A DNA stretch of 64,000 nucleotides from Gammaproteobacteria bacterium (GCA_041483135.1 JBGPFE010000020.1:349-64348); one strand, 5' to 3'; counted from the stretch's first letter, positions 1 to 8,744 are shown. The notes: generated by a model from the sequence alone, not told the origin. A program made the numbers and translations.

Positions 1-227
1 CCCTGCTTGCGGCCACGCCCCAGGGCAAGACTCCCGAGATTCCCTCGGAAAAGACCGGCCTCAAAGCCATGCTCGACGAGCTGCCGAAGCTGGTCGAAAA
101 ATTCTCAGCGATCGAGGACCAGGTCAAGAAAGTCGTGACGAACGTCGGCGCGTTGACGGACAAGGTCAAGGACAATCCTTCTCTGCTGCTCAGACGCCCC
201 GAAGCAAAGCCCGAAGCAAAGCAATGA
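1..227 (+). CDS. 3' end of a CDS cut by the window edge (C-terminal tail, possibly MlaD/MCE-family periplasmic component)
   Basis: Frame 3 is open from nt 3 to TGA at 225-227. Tail reads ...VGALTDKVKDNPSLLLRRPEAKPEAKQ. The NPSxLL-type C-terminal motif is reminiscent of MCE/MlaD proteins, but the family call is tentative. Confidence 0.35.
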   Translation, partial: LLAATPQGKTPEIPSEKTGLKAMLDELPKLVEKFSAIEDQVKKVVTNVGALTDKVKDNPSLLLRRPEAKPEAKQ

Positions 228-379
228 TGCCGGAAAGGACTGCGGGAAAATCGTGGTCCGTTCCCGAGGATTAGCGCCATCGGTGTGTAAGAAATTGTAA
301 GCGCGCAGCGTGGGCTGAACTTTAGCCCGACACGCGGTCTGAGCATCAACACGTTCTGAACTATCTGCCGCCCGCAACC

Positions 380-1216
380 ATGCGCCGTCGTATTCTGTCC
401 TGTCTGCTTTTGCTTGCCGTCTCGTTCGATGCGGCGGCGGGCGATCTTTACACCGCGCTCAACCGGCTGCGCGCGGGTGTAGGCAATTGCGCCGTCGCGG
501 AAAAATTGCCGCCGCTGCAGCCACAGGCCGCGCTCGAGCGCGTCGCCAGAGATCTTGCGCGGGGAGATAACCTGCAGCGAAGCCTGAATGCGGCCGGGTA
601 CAGGGCGACGCGTTCCACTGCCCTTAGCATCAAGGGTGACGGGGTCGGCGCACACGCGGCAGGGATGCTGGCAAAACAAAGCTCCTGCGAGCGGTTGCAG
701 GATGCCGCGATGACGGAGGTCGGCATTTACCTCGACGCGCGCCAGGTCTGGATCGTGATGGCGGCGCCGTTTGCGCCGTCGGTGGGGATGTCCGGGCAGG
801 CGGCGGGGCAGCGCGTGCTCGACCTCGTCAACCAGGCTCGCGCCGCGCCGCGCTCCTGTGGCAACCGGAAGTTCAATGCGGCGCGGCCGGTGCGCTGGAA
901 CGACACGCTTGCCGAGGCCTCGCGGCTGCATGCCGAGGACATGGCGCGCTACAACTACTTCAGCCACAGCGGCCGCGACGGTTCCAATCCGGCGCAACGT
1001 GTCGAGCGCGCGGGCTACCGATACCGCTCTACCGGCGAAAACATCGCCGCCGGGCCAATGAAACCCGAGGATGCGGTGGCGGGCTGGATCAAAAGCCCGG
1101 GGCATTGCGCCAACCTGATGAATCCGGCGTTTACCGAAATGGGCGCCGCCTTCGCGGTCGATCGCAGGAGCGAGATGGGCGTGTACTGGTCGCAGGCGTT
1201 CGGCACGCCGCGCTGA
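380..1216 (+). CDS. secreted CAP/SCP (PR-1-like, YkwD-type) domain protein
   Basis: 278-aa ORF with an N-terminal signal peptide (LLLLAVSFDAAAG). CAP motifs YFSHSG...GENIAAG...GWIKSPGHCANLMNPAFTEMG lie in the C-terminal half. Confidence 0.8.
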   Translation: MRRRILSCLLLLAVSFDAAAGDLYTALNRLRAGVGNCAVAEKLPPLQPQAALERVARDLARGDNLQRSLNAAGYRATRSTALSIKGDGVGAHAAGMLAKQSSCERLQDAAMTEVGIYLDARQVWIVMAAPFAPSVGMSGQAAGQRVLDLVNQARAAPRSCGNRKFNAARPVRWNDTLAEASRLHAEDMARYNYFSHSGRDGSNPAQRVERAGYRYRSTGENIAAGPMKPEDAVAGWIKSPGHCANLMNPAFTEMGAAFAVDRRSEMGVYWSQAFGTPR

Positions 1217-1244
1217 TTTAAATTTCCAGGGGCGGCCCTTCCCT

Positions 1245-1342
1245 GGATTGGTGATTGAGCAATTAAGTAATTCGGGATTAAGTGATTGGATTACTCAATC
1301 GCTCAATCGCTAAATCACTTAATCGCCAGATTCCCCTCCCGC
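1245..1342 (+). repeat. GATT/AATC 8-mer word hairpin element, copy 1, with GCCAGATTCCCCTCCCGC tail
   Basis: Left arm GGTGATTG AGCAATTA AGTAATTC GGGATTAA GTGATTGG. Right arm TCAATCGC TCAATCGC TAAATCAC TTAATCGC. AT-rich relative to flanks. Confidence 0.8.
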
Positions 1343-1565
1343 CCCCCCGCTTCGCTCGCCCCACTGCAGACAAGGGGTCAGTGCCGGGTTACTTTTCAAA
1401 AATCAAGATAATTCGGCTCCGGCCCCTGTGGCGGGGTTTCGCCGCAATTCAGGGCGCGAACGCTTTGCGGTACGGACAGTCATATAAGCATGCGCACGGC
1501 TGAAGGTGGCCGGCGCGTGTTTATCCGCGCAGTGTATTTGCGCCCGACACGATGGAGGATGTCAA

Positions 1566-1955
1566 ATGCTGACCCACGATTTGCAGCGAGACAAAAGCAT
1601 ATTGGTGCTCAAGCCCGACGGGCCGCTCGAAGCGGCCGATTTCACGACGCTGGCAAGTCACGTCGATGCTTATCTGGAGCAAAAGGGAAAGCTGCGCGGC
1701 GTATTGGTGCGCGCAAAATCGTTTCCCGGCTGGAAGGACTTCGGCGCGCTGCTCGCTCACCTGAAGTTCGTCAAGAATCATCATCGGAAAATCGAGAAAG
1801 TGGCGGTCGTCGCGGATGGCGGCGTTGCGAACATCATGCCGCATTTCGCAAGCCATTTCATCCGTGCGGAGGTCAGGCATTTCGACTATGCAAACGAGAG
1901 CGCCGCCTGGGACTGGCTCATGGAACGCGGCCCCCAGGCGCGCACCGCCGCGTAA
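1566..1955 (+). CDS. STAS/SpoIIAA-like protein (DUF3478-type)
   Basis: Lies within ORF 1506-1955. The ATG at 1566 is preceded by GGAGGA 7 nt upstream. LVLKPDGPLEAADF...KIEKVAVVADGG pattern is typical of SpoIIAA-like proteins. Confidence 0.6.
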   Translation: MLTHDLQRDKSILVLKPDGPLEAADFTTLASHVDAYLEQKGKLRGVLVRAKSFPGWKDFGALLAHLKFVKNHHRKIEKVAVVADGGVANIMPHFASHFIRAEVRHFDYANESAAWDWLMERGPQARTAA

Positions 1956-2059
1956 ACGGAATCGCCGACAGGATTCGAGACGGCGCCGCGCGACGGCGTT
2001 CCATTTTCAGCGGTTCGCGGACGCTTAGCGCAGCGTCCGCAGCTGCCGGTCGGGCGCCA

Positions 2060-2734
2060 TCAGAATTTGGGAATGCGCAGAGTCTTGCTGATCATCAAGG
2101 TCCCCGACAACAGGAACAGCAGGGCAAGCGGATGCAAATCCCACGGTCCGCCCGTCCACACGCCCCAGTAAAGATTCCCGCCCAGCCGATCCTGCCACGC
2201 GAGCACCGCCAATAGCGCGATCAGCAGCACGCTGGTGGGGATCGGCGTGCCTTCAAAGTAGGCAACCTTGTCGGCGCCTTGCGAAAGGCTCTCGGCGGTC
2301 ACGTTGTAGCGCGCGAGGCGGCTCACCCCGCAACATACAAAGTAAATCAGCACAACCGAGTCCCAACCGCCGCGCAGGCCGGCGGCAAATCCGAGTGCCG
2401 CGGGGGCGACGCCAAACGAGATGACGTCAGCCAGCGAATCGAGTTCGCGCCCGAGCGCCGAGTTGGTATGCCGCCAGCGCGCTATGCGGCCATCGAGCAC
2501 GTCGAATACCAGCGCCGCCGGCGCCATCGCCGCCGCGGCGAGGAAGTGGGCCACCGACGCGTTGCCGACGTAGATCATGGCGAGAAAAATCGTCGCCACC
2601 CCGCAGGCTGCGTTGGCGAGCGTGAAAAAATCGGCGAGATGAAAACCCCGCAGCATCGAGAAATGTTTGCGCTGATTAACCGGCGAGGGCGTGGATGGAG
2701 GCATTATTTCCTGATTGATGTTTTGCATGGCCAC
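2060..2734 (-). CDS. pssA: CDP-diacylglycerol--serine O-phosphatidyltransferase
   Basis: 224-aa membrane protein with the complete CDP-alcohol phosphatidyltransferase motif DGRIARWRHTNSALGRELDSLAD (DGx2ARx8Gx3Dx3D). Confidence 0.75.
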   Translation of the reverse strand: MAMQNINQEIMPPSTPSPVNQRKHFSMLRGFHLADFFTLANAACGVATIFLAMIYVGNASVAHFLAAAAMAPAALVFDVLDGRIARWRHTNSALGRELDSLADVISFGVAPAALGFAAGLRGGWDSVVLIYFVCCGVSRLARYNVTAESLSQGADKVAYFEGTPIPTSVLLIALLAVLAWQDRLGGNLYWGVWTGGPWDLHPLALLFLLSGTLMISKTLRIPKF

Positions 2735-2832
2735 CTTCTGTCAAAACGACCTACCGTCAATTGGCGCAACCAAGCCAGCAGCCTGAATGGTGATGCCTTT
2801 ACGGTCAGTATGCGCCTGGCATCAACTGGCAA

Positions 2833-3510
2833 TTACCAGCGGGCTGGCAGGGCCCTGTTGATGGTTATTTTTTTCCTCTCGACTTTGATGTATCCACCGA
2901 CGGCAAGGTCTCTGAATATCCGGTTAATCGTCTCGCGTGACGACCCCACCCGGCTGGCCATGTCCTGCTGCGTCAGTTTCTCGGAAATAACAAGCTTTCC
3001 CTCCTGTTCAACCGCAAGATCGAGCAGCAATCTGGAGACCCTGCCGTAGACATCGAGCATGGCGCGGCTTCTTATATTTTTATTAAGTCCTCGTACTATA
3101 TGAATAAGATCTTTGATCACGTGCAGCGAGATATCCGGATGTTCGTGCAAGAGGTGCGCGAAATCGGTTTTTGAGATGACTGCGAAACGGGACGGTTCGA
3201 GCGTCACTACCGATGCCGACCGGGGCAGCTCATCGAGCGCCATCTCGCCGAAGTACCCCCCGGGACCTTTAATGTCGAGAATAAGTTCTTTGCCGCTTTC
3301 ATCACTGAGGCATACCTTAACCTTGCCGGAAAGAACTACGTACAGGGACCCCGTGAATTCCCCCTCGCTGATAACAATCGCATTCTTGACGAACGTTTTT
3401 ATCACCGCTTTATCGGCGACGGCGCGCAGCTCGTCTTCCTGCAAGCCCGAGAACAGCGGACCCAGAAACAGCGGGGTCATTTTCAGGCTGACCGGCATGG
3501 AAAACCCCAC
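2833..3510 (-). CDS. Crp/Fnr-family transcriptional regulator
   Basis: cNMP-binding beta-barrel (GYFGEMAL, RSASV) followed by a C-terminal HTH (LTQQDMASRVGSSRETINRIFRDL). Exact start is uncertain. Confidence 0.8.
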   Translation of the reverse strand: MGFSMPVSLKMTPLFLGPLFSGLQEDELRAVADKAVIKTFVKNAIVISEGEFTGSLYVVLSGKVKVCLSDESGKELILDIKGPGGYFGEMALDELPRSASVVTLEPSRFAVISKTDFAHLLHEHPDISLHVIKDLIHIVRGLNKNIRSRAMLDVYGRVSRLLLDLAVEQEGKLVISEKLTQQDMASRVGSSRETINRIFRDLAVGGYIKVERKKITINRALPARW

Positions 3511-3881
3511 GAGAGGGCGCCCCTGGCGGGAGCGCCGGGGGACGCCGCGTCAGCCTGGGGCGGGCCCTGCCTGACGACGTCGCAGTCTTTCTGCGCGCCT
3601 GCAATGAGCGGCATGCAGCCACCATCGAGCAGCAACGGCGAGGCGAGTATCGCGGGCGGAAAGAGGTTTTTCATAAGGAACGGACGATGCAATGCCAATG
3701 GAATTACTGCCAAGCTACAGCAGGACTATTATTCTGTATGTGCGGCGACGCACAGAGCGCGCGGTTTGCGAAGGGGACAATGCCCGCTACGACAAATGGC
3801 GGACGGAATGCCTTTATCGCATCGCCCAGGTAATGCAAGGCTACGCTGCCTGGCTTCATGGTTCATGGAAAGGGCCATCCT

Positions 3882-4463
3882 ATGAGCATCCAGTCGACAA
3901 ATGACGCCAAACCGCTGGCGAGCGACGTTGCGGCGCTGGTGCAAGCGCACTGGCGGCGTTTCCTGGTGCAGGGCGCGCTCATGATAGCGCTCGGCACTTT
4001 GGCCGTCGCGTTGCCGGTCGTCATCACGCTTGCAATCGAGATCCTCATCGGCTGGCTGCTCGTTATCGGCGGCGTCTGGCGCGCCATTTCTCTCGCGCGC
4101 TCATCCCGCATGCCCGGCTTCGGATGGTCGCTGGCGATGGCCATGGTCGCGATTGTGCTCGGCGCGATGCTGGTGATGATGCCGCTTGCGGGCATGCTTA
4201 CGCTGACCATGCTGCTGATCACGTTCTTTGTCCTGGAGGCTGTCGGCAAGATTCTTTTTGCGCTCGATCTGCGCAAGCACTCGCAGAACTGGGGCTGGGT
4301 CCTCGCGACCGGTGTTATCGATCTGCTACTGGCCGCGCTCATTTTTTCCGGCTGGCCGAGCACGGCAGCGTGGGCGATCGGACTTCTGGTCGGTATCAAT
4401 ATGATCTTTTTCGGCGCATCGCTGGTAATGATTTCGCTGGCGGCGCGCGTCGCGAAGGCATGA
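3882..4463 (+). CDS. HdeD-family (DUF308) integral membrane protein
   Basis: About 190 aa with six predicted TM helices in repeated GxxxxxxG-rich pattern. ATG at 3882 (MSIQST) chosen within ORF 3858-4463. Confidence 0.6.
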   Translation: MSIQSTNDAKPLASDVAALVQAHWRRFLVQGALMIALGTLAVALPVVITLAIEILIGWLLVIGGVWRAISLARSSRMPGFGWSLAMAMVAIVLGAMLVMMPLAGMLTLTMLLITFFVLEAVGKILFALDLRKHSQNWGWVLATGVIDLLLAALIFSGWPSTAAWAIGLLVGINMIFFGASLVMISLAARVAKA

Positions 4464-4477
4464 ACGGGGTCGAAGCA

Positions 4478-4598
4478 GGATTGGTGATTGAGCGATTGGC
4501 GAATTTAGCGATTGAGTGATCGAGTAACCCGATCACTCAATCGCTTGGCTCCTCGCTTCGCTCTCCCCTGATCGCTTGATCGCCAGATTCCCCGCACG
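4478..4598 (+). repeat. GATT/AATC word hairpin element, copy 2, with CTCGCTTCGCTCTCCCC module and GCCAGATTCCCC tail
   Basis: GGATTGGTGATTGAGCGATTGGCGAATTTAGCGATTGAGTGATCGAGTAACCCGATCACTCAATCGCTTGG... Same loop and tail orientation as the other copies. Confidence 0.8.
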
Positions 4599-4639
4599 CT
4601 CTCCCGGCTCACTCGCTTGACGACGATTGAACGTCAAAC

Positions 4640-5380
4640 GTGATCGTCTCCAGGACCACGCAATTCCTTCGACGCCGTTTCCCACGGCAGTTTTCGTTCG
4701 TACAGGCGCGGCTCTCACGAGAAGGCTTGTTCGGCCTGCATCTGACCATCGGTACAGCAATCGTGGCCGGCGCGGCATGGCTGTTTGGTGGTATCGCCCA
4801 GGACTTGATCGCCGGCGACCCGCTCATCCTGATCGATCGGCTCATCTCGGAATGGTTTCGTTTGCATCCGACACCGCGTTTCAATATGGAAATGCAATTG
4901 GCGTCGGAGCTCGCATCCGTCGCCGCCGTCAGCAGCCTGTTCGCGCTCATGAGCTGCGTTTTTATATGGAAGCGATTATGGTACTGGCTATTGGGACTCG
5001 TGTTGGCCGTTCCGGGCGGTATGCTTCTCAACGCACTCTTGAAGGATTTGTTCGGCAGAGGAAGGCCCGGATGGGCAGATCCGTTGACATCGCTCGCAGA
5101 TTATAGTTTTCCCAGCGGCCATACGATGATGGCGACGATCATCTATGGTTTCGCGGCTACCTGCCTGATTCTAAGAATCGGGGCCTGGCCGTGGCGCTTT
5201 TTTATAGCGGCTATAACGATCATGCTCGTTTTTCTGGTTGCGATAAGCAGGATGTATCTGGGAGCGCATTACTTGAGCGATATATTGGCGGCAATGGCGG
5301 CAGGAACGGCCTGGCTCGCGCTATGCCTTACCGCAGTGGAACAATTGCGCCGCTACCGGAACAAACCGCGGGTCCAATAA
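4640..5380 (+). CDS. PAP2-family phosphatase (membrane)
   Basis: PAP2 motifs KDLFGRGRP ... PSGHT ... SRMYLGAHYLSD. GTG start at 4640. Confidence 0.8.
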   Translation: MIVSRTTQFLRRRFPRQFSFVQARLSREGLFGLHLTIGTAIVAGAAWLFGGIAQDLIAGDPLILIDRLISEWFRLHPTPRFNMEMQLASELASVAAVSSLFALMSCVFIWKRLWYWLLGLVLAVPGGMLLNALLKDLFGRGRPGWADPLTSLADYSFPSGHTMMATIIYGFAATCLILRIGAWPWRFFIAAITIMLVFLVAISRMYLGAHYLSDILAAMAAGTAWLALCLTAVEQLRRYRNKPRVQ

Positions 5381-5422
5381 ATAGTCGTCGAGTGCTCGCC
5401 GGTGTCGGACCACGGTTTTTTA

Positions 5423-5507
5423 GATCGGTGATTGAGCAATACTCAGTGATGGGTAATGGGTAATGGGTAATGGGAAACCCCATCGCTCATCGCTCATCGC
5501 TCATCAC
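5423..5507 (+). repeat. word hairpin element, 7-mer variant (GGGTAAT x3 / CATCGCT x3)
   Basis: GTGATGGGTAATGGGTAATGGGTAATGGGAAACCCCATCGCTCATCGCTCATCGCTCATCAC, lying between convergent genes. Confidence 0.75.
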
Positions 5508-5544
5508 CTGTTATTCAGGGCCGCCCCCGGGAAAACCACTGGCG

Positions 5545-6423
5545 TCAATTTACTGCCGCCGGCACGGCCCCTTTTCGAATCGCCGGCACCACCGGCGGCT
5601 GGCCGGTTTCCTTGAGGATGCCCTGCGCTTCCGGCAAGAGCAGGAAGCCGACGAAGTCCGTCGCCTCTTTCACATAGCGGGCGGTGCCCGGGACGGTCGC
5701 CGCGTTGCGGATTGCTTCGCTCAGGTTGACGCTGTCGGGAAAGCGGACGATATCGACATCGTTGCGCGCCGCCACGGCCGCCGAGTAGTAGACGACGCCC
5801 GCGTTCGCGCGTCCTTCTTTCACGGCGTTGACGGTGCCGGGAACGTTGGTGGGCTTGGCGGGGTCGGCCGGCGCGCTGTCGAGGATCTTTTGCGCGAGTT
5901 CCGGTTTTCCTTCCTGCACCGCGGCTCGCTTGAGGAACTCGATCGTGCGGTTGGTGGCGAGGTCCGTCGCGCCCGTCACCCGCGCGAACTTCACCTGCGG
6001 TCCGGCCAGATCGCTGACCCGGCGAATGCCGAGTGGATTTCCCTTGGTGGTGATGACCGCCATTTCGTTGGCGGAGAAGACGACATACCACGTGGCCGCG
6101 TCCTTGCCCGAGCCCGCGAGTTTCTTGTTCATCAAATCCTCGTCGATGACCGCGGGAGCAGAGGGCGCGAAGACGTCGCAAACGTCGCCGTTCAGGATGC
6201 GCCTGGCGAGATCCCGGGACACGCCGGAGGTGAGTTTGAGGGTGACGCCCGCATGCTTCACCTCGAACGCCTGCTTGAGCGCGCGCATCGGACCGGCCAG
6301 GGAATCGGCGTGAAACACTTCCAGCTCGGCGGCCGTGGCGCCGGTGACGAGAAGCACCGACAACAAGGCCAATCGCGAAAGGAACCGACCGCCGCGTACG
6401 AGCGTTGCAACCATCCGTTTCAT
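5545..6423 (-). CDS. periplasmic substrate-binding protein, ModA/TupA-like (molybdate/tungstate-type fold)
   Basis: Signal peptide, then LEVFHADSLAGP...VFAPS...ANAGVVYYS pattern. ATG at 6423 is preceded by GGAGGG. Confidence 0.65.
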   Translation of the reverse strand: MKRMVATLVRGGRFLSRLALLSVLLVTGATAAELEVFHADSLAGPMRALKQAFEVKHAGVTLKLTSGVSRDLARRILNGDVCDVFAPSAPAVIDEDLMNKKLAGSGKDAATWYVVFSANEMAVITTKGNPLGIRRVSDLAGPQVKFARVTGATDLATNRTIEFLKRAAVQEGKPELAQKILDSAPADPAKPTNVPGTVNAVKEGRANAGVVYYSAAVAARNDVDIVRFPDSVNLSEAIRNAATVPGTARYVKEATDFVGFLLLPEAQGILKETGQPPVVPAIRKGAVPAAVN

Positions 6424-6619
6424 CTTGCCCTCCTTCCGGGTCATGCGGAGCCACTTCATGGTATCGATCATTCCATGCGCACCGCAATAAACGGGACCGG
6501 GGTCGATTATGTTGGCGCGCCGGGAAAAATTAATCAGGGTCGGTGTAACTTTTGCTTTGGCGCGCGTTGGAAACCTGACACTGACCCTGATTATTGTTCA
6601 GCGTTCCGTCCGGCTCGGA

Positions 6620-7363
6620 TCAATTGAGCGTGGCAACAATCCGGCGGATCTGCTCTGGCGTGTGCTCGCCGGCAAGCGGTGTTCCCGGGATCAAATGTTT
6701 GCCCATGACAAGCGGCCCGACCACGACCGGCTCGAGGCCGACATCACGCACCAGTCGCGACGCCGTCGCGAGGGCGTTCGCATCGTCGCCCGCGATCGGC
6801 ATCCCGGTACGCTCGCCCTTGCTCTGCGCAAATCCCGGCAGCTTCGCGTAACCGATGGCATTGAAAGCGCGGACGATGCGCGCCCCCGGCAGGAGCTCCG
6901 CCGAAGCCAAACCGGCGCCCTTTTCCCGCGCCCACGTCGCAATTTCGCCATCGCGCGCGACTATGGGGTTGCTCGCATCGACCACCACTTTGTCCTTGAT
7001 CAGTTCCACCAGATCCCTGCCCACCTGCCGCAGCGCGCCATAAGGCACAGCGATCAGTATCACGTCACCGAATGCGGCGGCCTCGCGCGATGTTCCTGCC
7101 CGGGCGTTGGGCCCGAGCTTTGCTGCCAGCGCTTTATCGTGCTCGATATCGAGCGACGAGAACATGACTTCGTGCCCGGCCTTGATCCAAAGCTCGCCGA
7201 GCGTCCCGCCGATTCTGCCCGAGCCGACGATCCCGATCTTCATTTTGCCTTCCGCTGCACTCGCCACGCGCGCTGCGAACGGCAGACCGCCCAGGGCGAG
7301 AGTTGCCGCGGCGACCTTGAGTAGTCGACGGCGGTCCTGCCTGCTCACGTTTTTTGCGTTCAT
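6620..7363 (-). CDS. NAD(P)-binding oxidoreductase (F420-dependent NADP reductase-like fold) with twin-arginine signal peptide
   Basis: N-terminus SRQDRRRLLKVAAATLALGG...VASA (Tat motif plus AxA site). It is followed directly by the Rossmann motif KIGIVGSGRIGG. Confidence 0.7.
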   Translation of the reverse strand: MNAKNVSRQDRRRLLKVAAATLALGGLPFAARVASAAEGKMKIGIVGSGRIGGTLGELWIKAGHEVMFSSLDIEHDKALAAKLGPNARAGTSREAAAFGDVILIAVPYGALRQVGRDLVELIKDKVVVDASNPIVARDGEIATWAREKGAGLASAELLPGARIVRAFNAIGYAKLPGFAQSKGERTGMPIAGDDANALATASRLVRDVGLEPVVVGPLVMGKHLIPGTPLAGEHTPEQIRRIVATLN

Positions 7364-7556
7364 CTTAAATTCCCCGTAAAATTTTGTCCGTAAACCAACC
7401 GGCGTTGTAAAACGAATCCTCTCTTATTCGCCGCGTCAGAGCAGCGTACAGTAACTACGCCGCTGCCGGTACGCAAGGGCCGGTGATTTTCCCTGCAAAC
7501 AGGCAGCAAGAAAGCATAAACCGGGTAAAGAAATGGGGACGGAGCCCGGTTTATTA

Positions 7557-7661
7557 GGATGGTGATTAAGCAATTCAGTAATTGAGTGATTGAGTAACAA
7601 AATCGCTGGGCCCCTCGCTGCGCTCTCCCCTAATCGCTTAATTCCCAGACTCCCCTCCCGC
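7557..7661 (+). repeat. GATT/AATC word hairpin element, copy 4
   Basis: GGATGGTGATTAAGCAATTCAGTAATTGAGTGATTGAGTAACAAAATCGCTGGGCCCCTCGCTGCGCTCTCCCCTAATCGCTTAATTCCCAGACTCCCCTCCCGC. Confidence 0.8.
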
Positions 7662-7674
7662 TTTCCCGGAAACG

Positions 7675-8544
7675 TCAAGCCGCGCGGCGCGCGGCAATCA
7701 AATTACGCGCGATGAAAACCTTCACCATCTCATGGGCGCGGTCGGTTTGCGGTCCCGGTTTTGCGATCCACTCGTGCTCGCAGCCTTCGAACACGTGCAG
7801 CTGGCAATCGCCGCCCGCCGCCTTGTACGTCGCGGCGAATTTCTCCTGCACCGCCGGCAGCACGTTGTCGTCGAGCGCGCCTTGCATGATCAAGAGCGGC
7901 GGCAGCGTGACCGCCTCGCGGCGCGCGAGGATCTCCTGCGGATTGCCTTCGTGGATCGATTCCCACGGCACGAAGAACGTCTTGTTGTTCTTGATCATCG
8001 CGTCGCGCTTCATCTTTTCCGCCTGCTGGTAGCGCGCGTACGGATCGCTGATCGGCGAGCGGGTCGCGACGTAGGCGACCGTCGCATCGACGTTGGGCGC
8101 AGCCGGCAACGGAATCGCGTTGTAGCGCGCATCGCGCGGGCGCATGCCGAGCAGCTCGGCGATCTGGCCGCCGGTCGAACTGCCCAGCACGCCGACGTTC
8201 GCCGCGTCGCCGTTCCACCCGGCCGCTTTCGATTTGAGCCAGCGCACGCCGTAGTTCGCGTCCTGGACCGACGCCGGGTACGGCGCTTCCGGCGCGAGCG
8301 TCATGTCGATGGCGGCAACGAGCACGCCGCTCGCCGCCACCGCGCGGTCCATCGGCTCGTTCGCGAAGCGGTCTTTGCGGTTCCACGCGCCGCCATGCAG
8401 ATCGAGCAGGACCGGAAACGGTCCCGCGCCCTGCGGCTGATAGATGCGGGCCATCAGCAGCCGCCCGCCCGGCGTGCGCCGGAACTCCACTTCGCTCACC
8501 TTGAGCTCGAACTTAGCCGCGGGGTTGTAAGCTGTTTTCATCAT
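7675..8544 (-). CDS. alpha/beta hydrolase (esterase/lipase-like)
   Basis: HGGAW oxyanion motif and GSSTGG nucleophile elbow. ATG at 8544 (MMKTAYN) is preceded by GAGGA. Confidence 0.75.
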   Translation of the reverse strand: MMKTAYNPAAKFELKVSEVEFRRTPGGRLLMARIYQPQGAGPFPVLLDLHGGAWNRKDRFANEPMDRAVAASGVLVAAIDMTLAPEAPYPASVQDANYGVRWLKSKAAGWNGDAANVGVLGSSTGGQIAELLGMRPRDARYNAIPLPAAPNVDATVAYVATRSPISDPYARYQQAEKMKRDAMIKNNKTFFVPWESIHEGNPQEILARREAVTLPPLLIMQGALDDNVLPAVQEKFAATYKAAGGDCQLHVFEGCEHEWIAKPGPQTDRAHEMVKVFIARNLIAARRAA

Positions 8545-8744
8545 CGGTCCTCGCGCTGCATCATATTCCGCGGAAAGTCCCGGCGCCCGGTCGGATGCTT
8601 TTCCGTGCTGAACTCCCCGCGGCAAACTCTACGCCGAAATCGGCGACCCGGCCATCGGCGAGAGGATCGTCGTGAACAGCCCACGATTTTTTCGCTATTC
8701 GCCCTTCGCGCCTGATTCCTTGATCACCCTCGACCAGCCAATAG

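Noticed and set aside
1282-1503. Small ORFs translating the GATT/AATC elements (also 23652-23858, 48655-48837 and 7436-7678), which give recurring LLNRSI/SLNRQIPL peptides
   Set aside because: The similarity comes from the nucleotide repeat itself. Frames and strands differ between copies, there is no SD, and the ORFs run into unrelated flanks.
5423-5507. Tandem 7-10 nt repeats (also at 12408-12550 and 41826-41865) as CRISPR arrays
   Set aside because: The repeat units are contiguous with no spacers and far shorter than CRISPR repeats. They are arranged as mirrored arms, and no cas genes are in the window.
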